Shown: positions 48,938 to 64,000 of the stretch, in pieces | How the letters are laid out: every line of letters starts with the position of its first letter | Position numbering within the stretch: the stretch's first letter is position 1 | Source: Blasia pusilla | Lineage: Eukaryota | Length of the DNA stretch: 64,000 bases | NCBI GenBank assembly: GCA_050084515.1 | Contig: CM114271.1 | Location: 11,470,001 to 11,534,000 of the forward strand | Direction of reading: 5' to 3' | Notes under the pieces: generated by a model | What the model was told of the DNA's origin: nothing | Seen by the model: only the letters and a program-made list of their open reading frames with translations | The model's database searches: none | Position numbers and translations under genes: made by a program

Positions 48938-51665
48938 GATCTCCAACAAATCAACTCCGGGTAAGTTAGAAAAAAACATTTGCAACTCGTCGGAATCCGA
49001 TGGGTTGCGAATATGGGTTTTTTTATCATTGTAAGTGCTACCCGTTGGATTCTAACGGGTTGCACGTATGTTAAGTCTTTTATGTCGTTCTGCGCAACTC
49101 GTCAAATTCGGACGGGTTGTAGATTTGTTATGTGTTTTTTGTGGCTTCTGTGCAACCTCTCTTATTCCGACAGGTTGCAAATTTGTAATGTTTTTTTTGT
49201 GGCTTCTGCATAACCCGTCGGATTTCAACAGTTTGCGCAAAAATTTGGCAAAAATCCTTGCTCAATTCTGAGCTACCCCTAGGAATAAAAATCATCTTTT
49301 TTTTCTAGATATTTGCTCGCTTTCTTGTATATGCTGCAATCTTTCCCTTGCAACTTGTCGAAATTTGTTGGGTTGTGGAAGAGAAATCATTCATTCTCTT
49401 GATACTCCTTGATGCTGACCAACATTATTGCCACTTTCATTTGTGCAGATCGAGTATTTGTGTGTATACTATTTTGTGCGGCTAGAGTATAGATTCCAGG
49501 TTTTCAAGATCAACGATCAAGTTGATCCCTCCAATGGTTACACTTTGAGCAACTTGAACAATTTTCCCCTAGGAATTTTTGTGATGGACAGTGTGACATC
49601 GCTAAGAGGAAGGAAAAAGTCCCCGGCACTAATGCAAACCTTGATGGAGCTCTGCTCGTGCCTGGGTGACTTGGTGATGAATTTGGCTGGGTTATCTAGG
49701 GCCAATGTTAGAGCTGCATGGCATAGCAGACGAAACATTCTCTGCCTTGAGTTGAGGAGGGAGTTGCTGATCCTATTCCATGAGGCCAAGGGGGATTATG
49801 AGAGGCAGTTGGGAGTATACAAGTCACCTCCTCGGAAAAATACATAAGATCCATTGGTAGTGACACCATCGTCACTACTTGTGATTCCCAAAATCGAGCG
49901 TTCAAAGCCAGTTGTGATTTTGGAGGAGCTTTTTTTATGATGACGAGTGAGTGCACTGATTTGTTGGTTTAAACACGTTTTGGAGTGGGACAGTAGTGGT
50001 CTCAAGCGGACTAACACATATTGATTCTGGATGGGTGTCACTTTGTAGAGCATACAAGATAACCTGCTGGGATAGGGGTTGAGACATATCTTGAGTGTCA
50101 CAGGACCGATATGGAGCACCTAGGGGGCAAGACTCTCAAGTTCCTCTTCTTTCTTAATCCCCATCTACAATTGTCAAGATTGTACCCATTGGATTTCTTA
50201 TCATTTCTTCATATGGATGTCAAGCTCATGAAATTTTGTTGTTTTCCTGTCTCGCTACCTCTCCAATACCAACAACTTGCAATCCGTCTCTTTATTGTTC
50301 TAATTCTTTCTTTTTTCTTACCTTTGGTGAGTCATGTTTGTTTTTGGTTTTTCTTCATCTTGTGTCTTGCAACCAGTCGGGTTTCGACGGGTTGCATGTC
50401 TGAATAAAACCTGTGTGTTTCCTAACATTTCTTCAAATGGATATTTTGTTTTTCTTACATCATGTCTTGCAACCTATCGGATTCCAACAGGTTGCATATA
50501 TGAGTGGAACGTGTTTTCTTCCTAGCATATCTTCATATGGATGTTTCATTTTTCTCACATCATGTCTTGCAATCTGTCAGATTCTGACGGATAACATGTC
50601 TGAAAGGAACCTAAGAGCAACTTTCCTTTCTCTGCCTTCACATGTATGTTCCTGTTTCCTTCAATTTTTTAGTGGTCATGTATTTCCTCCCTTTCTTTTC
50701 CTCATTTAGATTTCGATGGGTTGTAGGTCTAGATGGAACATGTGTGTTTCTTATCATTTCCTCATATTTATTTCTAGTTTTTCAATAGAATTTTACACTG
50801 GTCATGTCTAACAACATGTCTAATTCCGACACATTGCATGTCAGGATGATTACCTTCTATTCATTTCATTCTCTTTCTTCACCTCTTTTGTCACTAGCAT
50901 TTCTTCACTTCTTACATCTTGCAACGTGTCGGATTCCGACACGTTGCAAGATGTTGGCTAGCTCATTACTTCCCTTTTCCTCTCAATCCTTCCTCTTAGG
51001 CATTCTTGTTGGTTTCCTTCACTTTTGACATGTGTGTTTAAACATAGTTGCCAAATGCCCATCAGCCTCCTAAAGACTCCATGTACCTATTCCAGAGCCA
51101 AGTCTTCTAACTCTTTCGTGGCCTCCGAGTCTTTTGAGTCATTGTTGGCAATATTGCAATCCTACACTTTCTACCAACTTTACCAAATCATCTCTTTGTC
51201 AATTCCTTTATCTCCAAGACTTTTATCATTGGTTGTGGAATTCTGACAACATGTTGGGAATGAGGATGAGAGTCTTGGGCTAGACCCCATAGTCATAGTT
51301 TTATTTTGAACGGCTTTGATTAGTTTTGTAATGATACAATCCCATCTTATGGATTTGCGTATATAAGATATCCTCCTTCCCGATAACACTGGCCTACACA
51401 AAGAGTGATTTAAGCATGTCTGAAGTGGTCTCCATTGTTCCATCTTCACAACCTAGTGCAAAAAAATATGTTAGTTTTTGCCCCAACCTGGTCCACTTAT
51501 TACTCTCTTCAAAATATTTCTTGCATTTGAAGTAGAGGAAAAAATTTCAAAATAGTGGAAATTTTTGAAGAGAGGTTAAAGATTTTGTCTTTTTAGAAGC
51601 GAGACTCTCCTCTCTTCCTCTCTTCCTCTCCTCTCTTACTCTCTCTTGTCTAAATACCAGCCCCC

Positions 51666-52120
51666 TTGCGATTACTACCTGATGGCATCCTTTCCACCAA
51701 GGTTCCACGTTATGAACCATGGTTAAATGAGTTAAAGGTATGGGTAATGAGGTACTTGGCCTTATCTTGCATCGAGCTTAGTAAGAAAAATGCCATCAAG
51801 ATGACAGTTGTTCAAAATCATATCATTGAAGCATACATCTACTTTGGTGCACTATCTCTCTCCCTTGATTATTTTAGAAGGAAAATGTCCAAATTGTTGA
51901 AGATAGAGCGGTCCAATTTCAAGAAGAATTGGACAACTCATGGGGCTCATTATGGAGTCCCATCCCACCCTGACACCAATGAAGAGTTATGGGCCCGATT
52001 GGTAGATTATTGGCTTTTTTAGGAGGGTAAGACAAAAGCTGAAAAGATGGTGCAAGCGAGGTCCAAGGTCCAAATCCTAAATTTTTCCGCCCATGGAGGT
52101 CTAGGTGGGCTTGATGTAAG
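51666..52120 (+). pseudogene. Fragment resembling a CACTA/En-Spm accessory (Ptta/Transposase_24-like) protein
   Basis: PDTNEELWARLVDYWLF*EGKTKAEKMVQARSK resembles the W..LV.YW...E.K......R.K pattern; judged by eye only. Confidence 0.4.
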
Positions 52121-53134
52121 TTTAGTTTGCATCCTTTTGATGTAGCTAAAATATTTCTAGAGACCACTTCCTCCCAATATTTCAATAAAATTTGAAAGTG
52201 AGTTTATGCGTGAAAACTAATACTTGATGAGTAGTTATTGTTTGAGTAGGTTTGGGCCCAAAAGCTCCATGGCCACCGGGACAAAAGGAGTGGAGCTTGA
52301 ATCCAAGTCTTAACATCATGCTTTCACTAATTTGTGGTTGCCAGTAAGTCTTGCTGAAATTGTTTCTTCGCATAGTTGAGAGCACTCACATATTTAGTTT
52401 CCATGTTGTTATTGTCATGCTTTCTTGCTCTTAGTACTTAATTTCAGGTGTTATTGTGTGGAGAGTGTGGAAAGTAGAATGACCACTCAATTGGAGGAAG
52501 TGGAGAGAAAATGGAGTGCAGACTTGGATGTTGTGAAGTCCTAGATGGAGCAGCAGAATAAGACTCTAGGTGTGCTTATGGAGATGGTCTCCAAGCTAGC
52601 AGGGCAGGATCCTCCATTGCCATCTTCGGCAATTGTTCCATCTAATGCCACAAAATCAATTCCTTCTTCCAATGTTGCCCCTCCAATAGGTACGTTGTGC
52701 AGATCCCTATGCATTTTGGTTTCATTCCTCAAAACCTGAGAGGTAACTTTATCCCATTGTGCTTGGAGATAGTCACCTCAGTATGGCCCACATTGGAAGC
52801 ACCTTTCATGTCCTCACGTGGCTTAGCTTGTTGGAGGAGCCTATTAGGGAGCCTTGTTTTTCCTTCTTCTGCTCGGATGTTAACATATACATCATGTCTA
52901 GCGACAAAGTCTTATGGGCAATATAATATCACTTCTTCTACTAGTGGTTTTATATGTGATGGATTTATTGATATTTTTCTGAAATTCCTTTAATTTTGGG
53001 TCCTTTGGACTTCATATGAGTACCCTTTCAGACGGATTTGGGACCTCATATGGGGATGGCACCACAAATCCAAATCAGCAATCTAGAATATCAATGAAAG
53101 GGAAAAATCTGCCAAGGAATGAAGAAGGTATCAA

Positions 53135-56120
53135 CTTTGATATTTGCTACAGAGTGCTGAATGGATGGTTGACAATGGGTGGTCACGTTTATGACCATAT
53201 GGAGAAGGGACTCAAAACTATATTTGTCTATGAAGTAAAAGCAGAAGACGTTGGAAGTTTGAAGCTGTGCTAGTTACTCTTATTGGAGGTGGTGAAGGAA
53301 AACAAAAGGCCACCTTCAGAAATTTATGGGTTCATGGCGGACAATGCACAACCTATGTGGATTGCTATCAGGGTAGTTTTTTGGGTTGAGGAGGTTCAAC
53401 CGGAGAGAGAATGGTTGGATGCTTTCAATTGGAAATAGTCTATGACCCGATACACCAAATCTTGCATCAAGGAGAATAAGAGGACGGAGCATGTCACTCT
53501 ACTCCAACGTTGCAAGGACAGCAAAACCTTGAAACAGGGCATGGAATGCCAAGAAGAAATTCATGGGTGGTGGAGGAAACATGCGATTGAGGGGAAGTAC
53601 AAAGAGTTATGCTCTTGGCTGAGTTGGTGGACTGTACGAATGAGACAATGGGGAAACTTCATGCGGGAGGTGAGTTCACTAATTTGTCTTGCTGAAAATT
53701 GTTTGAAGAGTTGCAGCTAAAGTTGAGAAGCATGGGCTACTATAGGGATTTCAAACCGAAGAAATCAAGCAACTTGTCGAATGCGACAGGTTGCTTGAGT
53801 GTTCCACCCATCGCTTACCGACGGGTTGCCTGAGTGTGCAACCACTCGGAAAACGATGGGTTGCAAGTCGCATGGCCAAATTTACTTGCAACCCGTCGGA
53901 ATCGGACCAGTTGATGGGTTGTCTGAGAGTGCAACCAGTCAGAAAAGGACGGGTTGACGGGTTGCCTGAGTGTGCAACTAGTTGGAAAAGGAAAGGTTGC
54001 AAGTCGCATGGCCAAATTTACTTGCAACCCGTCGGAATCGGACGGGTTGCACTAGGTGGTTCCTAGGTGTTGCAACACGTCAAGAATCGAGAGGTCCCAG
54101 AGTCGTTCATGGGATGCCTCTGCCTTGCAACCTGTCTGGTTTTGACAGGTATCTTATTTCTTTGACTTCTGAGCTATTTTCGTTCCCTTCTCACATTGGG
54201 GTCGTTGTAGGGATTGAACATTCATGAAAATGCCCTTTGCCCCAATACAAGTGGGGCAGAAAGTGTTCATTCCTCCTGGAGGTCGTCACAAGCATGCCAA
54301 AGAATTTCACTTATGGAGGCATGCCAACAAGACCAGGCAAGAGCAATGCTACAGTCTGCAGCATCCCATATCTTCCTCACCAAATCCATAACAAAAGGAA
54401 GGGGGCCTTCAATCTACGAACTCTATGTCAGGGCAGCTGTGAGATCTGGTGATGAGAAACTCTATGTGGAAGCCTTCAACCGGTGCGTAGCAGGAACTCC
54501 CCTCGAGCAAGATATACAAATTGTTGGGGATATTCGTGGGCGCGTTTCAAGACGTCCCATACAGATGGTGGTAGAGCAGTCGGAGTGAGACTCGTAGAGA
54601 CCATAGAAGTATCTTGACTTGAGGCAGATGAAGAGGCAACATCGAGGAAAAAATCCGGTGATTGATTTGGATGAGGAAATTACGCCGCCTAGGTATTCGA
54701 GGACCTTGGATTACTCCCAAATCTGTGATGGAGTAACTTCTCCAAAATTAGTGAATGTTTTATTTCAAAAGTCCTCCGTTGGTGGAAGTTTGCAACATCC
54801 GGTGGCTAGGGTGGTTCAACAATATGGGATTCCGGTCATGGAGGTGGATTGCAACCTGAAATGGTGACATATATCTCGGAGCAACCCTGGACGTGGATCC
54901 ACTTGCAAGGCAGGATCTGATGGCATTAGGAGAGCATGCGGCACTTTCCTAAATAAGAACTGTACAAGGATTGGACGACCACTTCTTGGGTTTTGGGGAC
55001 TCAAAACCTTCCATCGTTTCATGAGGACCGGACATCAATTGAAGTTCTTCTTCTGCCCAAATGAATCTTGCACTTTCCAAAAGTCTTATCCGGTTGCCAT
55101 TGGAGCTCCGGGGAATACCCCCACGATTTGGCCCATTGCCGCAGGTACGAATTGCACTCAAGACAAAGTGGACAATCTTACAAGTGTCAGTTTCAGACTT
55201 GTCAACGGAGGAAGTTCAGAGCATGTTTGCATTACACAGACCTTTGCATTTCGTATTCAATCCAAGATTGATGTCAACATGTACCGGAGAAGGTGGATGA
55301 TCTCAATCCACTATTTCTGTTTGAGTCTAGAATTGGGGCGAAGAGAAACATAATGTGTAGGCCAATGAGGGAGAGAGCAAAGCGAATTGCATAAGCTTGA
55401 GAGGAAAAAATGGAGATCATCGCCACAAAAGATGTCCATAGTGGCAATGGAATAGGAAGGATGTATTGGGTCAGGAACAACATTGTAAATGCAGGTCTCA
55501 CAGGGGTATATGTGCTGCACATCTGTTGCTTTCTCACATGTTCATGTGATGACTTTGTCCAAAGAGAGACAAGTGGAAAAAGATATTTCCCTTGTAAGCA
55601 TATGTACTATGAATTGCTTGTAGTTTTAAGAGAGTCGGAGGTAGGAGTAGGAATCCACCAACCAATTATGTCCCTCAAGGAAGTGCAAAATATTCTAAAC
55701 AAACCACTTTGAGGATGCAAAATGAGGTTTTAGATTGTCCTTTCATTTTTCCAGAACCTTCACTTTGAGCTTGAACTCTATTCAGCACAAGGCAAATGAT
55801 AGATTTTTTCCACACCTTGGATGGAAAAAGTGATTGGTTCCACACTTATGATTCCATTGATTTTTCAGTTTTCTAAATTTTGTGCAGATTGCAACTCGTC
55901 GCACTCACATGGGTTGCTAAAATGTGGAAGAGGAAAAAAAATATGTGGGAGTGCTTAAGAACTGAGAAGAAAAGTGCAAAAAAAATCACACAAAAAGTTT
56001 CCTCTCTTCAACCCAACGGAAACTCTCTTCAAATCATAAGAAACTCTCTTCAAAAAAGAAATCTCTTTGGGTTGAAGGTAGTTTCCTCTCTCCTCTCTTC
56101 CTCTCCTCTTACTGCACCTC
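53135..56120 (+). mobile_element. Mutator-like copy E4, 5'-truncated (transposase core to right terminus)
   Basis: FDICYR, FMADNA, GAESVH, SWIM (55410-55712) and terminus ..TCTTACTGCACCTC at 56120. Confidence 0.88.
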
Positions 56121-56925
56121 AAACAGAATGTGCAGGCTATTCGTGGAGAGGGCAAAGTGAATCGCATCGGCTTGGGAGGTCAACATGGAAATCATTGCCA
56201 CGAAATATGTGCATAGTGGGAATGGAATAGGAAGAATGTATTGGGTTAGGAACAATACCATGAATTCTAGTGTTTCTGGTGTGTATTTTGTATACATCTA
56301 TTGCTTTTCCACATGTTCCTATGATGACTTTGTCTAGAGAGAGAGATAATTGAGAAAAGGTATTTCCCCTATAATCACATGTACTATGTTTTGCTCGTAG
56401 CTTTAGGAGATTCGGAGCTAGGAGTAGAAATCCACCAAACAATTTTATCCCTGAAAGAAGTGCAGAGTATTCCAAACAAGCCACTTTGAGGATGCACCAT
56501 CAGATATGAGAGTGTACTTTGGAAATGCCAAACTATTCACTACAAGCTTAAACTCGTATTAGTATACTTAACTGAGATTTTTTTTCGACCTTGGATGGAA
56601 ATAGTGATTTGTTCCACATTTATGATGATAATGATTTTTCCAATTTTTAAATTATATGTTGAGAGATTATTGGATATAGGATTTTTTCGTGAAATTGCAA
56701 CCCGTCCGATTCAGATAGGTTGCCATATTGGGAAAGATGAAAAACATTTTGTGAGAGTGTCTAAGAACAAAATTGTAAAATCTGTTCCAAAAATGCCTTC
56801 CTCTCTTTAAATCATAGGAAGCTCTCTTTAAATCAGATGAAACTCTCTTTAAAAAATGATCTCTTTGGGTTGAAAATAGTTTCCTCTCTCCTCTCTTCTC
56901 TCTTCCTCTCCTCTTACCGCTCCTT
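56121..56925 (+). mobile_element. Older Mutator-like copy E5: SWIM remnant and right terminus
   Basis: Degenerate homolog of 33127-33914; terminus ..TCTTACCGCTCCTT. Confidence 0.8.
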
Positions 56926-58108
56926 GTTATTTTGTGATTGCAGGAATATTGGTAGAAGAAGGAAGACTAGTAGCATACAAGAGCAAGAAGCTTAGCGACA
57001 CCAAACAGAGATGGCTCACTCATGAGAAAGAGTTATTTGTGGTGTTCCATTCCTTGAGGAAGTGGCGTCACTACTTGGGACTTCACAAGACTCGAGTATT
57101 CATCGATAATATTCCACTCAAGTATTTTGAGACCCAAGATTGAGTGACACCAAAGCAACTCTGATGGCATGATACCTTGGGATTGATGAATGTGGAACTA
57201 GTCCACATGCCACAGAAGCATAATGTCATTCCAAATGCGCTGAGTCGCAGGAATGGGTACATGCCATCAATGACACAAGTCTTGAGAGTGATGTTCCCTA
57301 AGGAAATAGATGTGGAGAGAAGGATTCACGAAGGATATATAAAGGACATCCAAGCAAGAGAGTACCTAAGGAAGTTGAAACAACGTGAGAAGGTGGCCAA
57401 CATAAGTTTCAGGCATGGTTTACTAAGGTTTAAGCAGAGTAGGATCTATGTGGGCGAAGGTAGATTGTGGACCAAGGTGTTGGTGGAATGTCATGATCGA
57501 CCCTTGGCAAGATATAAAGGGAAGATATCCACGTTGGTTGTCCATACTAAGAAGTTCTTCTGACCCAACATGAAAGAAGATGTTGCTTAGTATGTGAAGA
57601 CTTGTATGACCTGCTAGGCAAACAAGGTTTCTTATGAAAAGAAATAAGGCTTACTACATCCTTTGTCGATTCGAGAAGAATCTTGTAGAGTTTGAGTATG
57701 GATTTCATTACGAGTCTTCCAAAGTATGAGAGATACAATGTTGTACTTGTGATACTTAATCGCTTCAGCAAGTTGGGGAGGTTCATATCGACGATGGGCT
57801 CTTCAAAGGCCATGCAACTTCCCTACTATTCCTTGATAATTGGTGGCGAGCTCATGGATTGCCAAGGAATATTGTTTCCGACAAGATCCAAAGTTTACAA
57901 GTGCTTTTGGGAAGCACCTATTCAGAAGGTTTAGGACCAAGCTGAACTTTATTTCCGCCTTCCATCCTTAGATAGATGGATAAATAGAAAAAGGTAAACT
58001 CGATCTTGAATCAATACTTAAGGAATTACGTGAGCGCAGATCAATGAGATTGGACCATGTAGCTAAGCATGGCTGATTACTGCTACAACTTAATCAAGCA
58101 TTCTCCAA
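56926..58108 (+). pseudogene. Gypsy RNase H-integrase fragment
   Basis: LVAYKSKKLS..HEKELF, NALSRR and SMDFITSLP; many stops. Confidence 0.85.
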
Positions 58109-58560
58109 CACTAGTAGAAAAGGGGTGGTTTTAAACCCACATGGATGTGACTCGTCTTACTTAGAGTCAATTTAATTACTCTTTGTTACTCCAAAATAAG
58201 AAAAGGGACTCAAGAATTATTCACACGGTAGAGGAGTCGACTCTAGGGGCCGCTTTCACTAATTAGGAAGCTAAGAAAAGAAATTAAACCCTACACTCAT
58301 AGGGGCGTAGGGTTTAATCTTAACTCTAATATTTTGGACCCCACGGACTATGTTGTAGTCCGTGTTTCACCCTCTCTTACTACCCCGCCTTGAAGCGTCC
58401 GCGTTTCCCCCTCTCTTTTCCAACTTACGGCGGCCCGACTCAAGTCAAGTGTTTCCTCCTCTTTTTTTTTAATTCATACTGATGTGATCTTGAGTGCGCG
58501 GCGTAGGCAAATTGATGATATTTCCATGTAGAACCTCTAGCAGCAGAGTGAGCGTGGGTA
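58109..58560 (+). mobile_element. Probable CACTA terminus (element may extend past the window end)
   Basis: CACTAGTAGAAAA begins exactly where the Gypsy homology stops; TAGGGGC-type subterminal motifs follow. The other end is not seen. Confidence 0.5.
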
Positions 58561-58564
58561 CACA

Positions 58565-63532
<4,968 letters not shown>

Positions 63533-64000
63533 GGAGCGGCTCAACTAAGGTCCGAAAATTCACTCTCATTTTCCATACGGCAGTCCTTGCACCTTATCTT
63601 AACTTGAACTTTTACCCATATCCCTAGTGCTAAACCATACTCGTACCCCTCTATAAGCGGCATACATAGGCTTGCAAGATTTTGAGGCAAATCGGAAATT
63701 CCATGAATCCAAGACAAATGCGGGTAAGATGTGTGCTATCTACGGAGCAATAGTTGTTGTAAGGTTTGTTGGTTTTTCATAGTGTCTGGTGGTGTAGTGA
63801 CGACAAAGTGTGGGGTTTAACAAGATATCCATTCACTTGTCATCATTTCTTTTTTTGTGCGGTTGTGCAACGCGGGTGGCTCTGATGTTTTACTTGTGTC
63901 CCTTGTGTCAATGGATAGTATGTTGTGACACCTGAGATCGCATTGTTTCGCCACTCTTTGCCATGAAAGGCTGAAATATTATACTTCGAGTGGTTGGAAG

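Larger units (their letters stand above)
43880..49950 (+). pseudogene. E3 gene B, 3' part with the methyltransferase-like domain
   Basis: VDLLIAHLPSG..YMSDKGCFLV (47284-47601). Last exon from 49449: KKSPALMQTLMELCSCLGDLVMNLAGLSRANVRAAWHSRRNILCLE. Intron 48961-49448. Split by two solo LTRs. Confidence 0.7.
43874..51665 (-). mobile_element. Diverged, truncated Mutator-like copy E3 (left terminus at 51665)
   Basis: Reverse-oriented terminus ..AAATACCAGCCCCC with CT-rich tract, gene B homology and palindrome clusters. Confidence 0.8.

Overview
Eukaryotic, repeat-saturated DNA from a green plant, inferred from TTTAGGG-type repeats, GT-AG introns and CG/CHG-type decay. No intact host gene was found. 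The window is a nest of transposons. (1) At least five copies or fragments and one ~600-bp non-autonomous derivative of a ~12-kb Mutator-like DNA transposon (called E1-E5 here), with degenerate GA-rich termini and 8-10-bp TSDs. It carries two divergent intron-containing genes: a GCM-like/MULE-DDE/SWIM transposase (gene A), and a cargo gene (gene B) with a ParB/Srx-like 'DGNHR' domain plus a beta-class N4/N6 DNA-methyltransferase-like domain whose catalytic motifs are degenerate. Its introns, promoter and subterminal DNA hold dozens of copies of a 27-bp CpG-rich palindrome, GCAACCCGTCGGAnTCCGACGGGTTGC. (2) Ty3/Gypsy remnants with a DNMT3-like C5 methyltransferase between protease and RT and a PHD finger after integrase. 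(3) A full-length decayed Ty1/Copia element, several solo LTRs with 5-bp TSDs, a chromovirus 3' end, a probable CACTA terminus, a LINE inside a (CT)n tract and an interstitial telomere-like array. Domain calls are by eye from motifs, and all ORFs carry stops or frameshifts.
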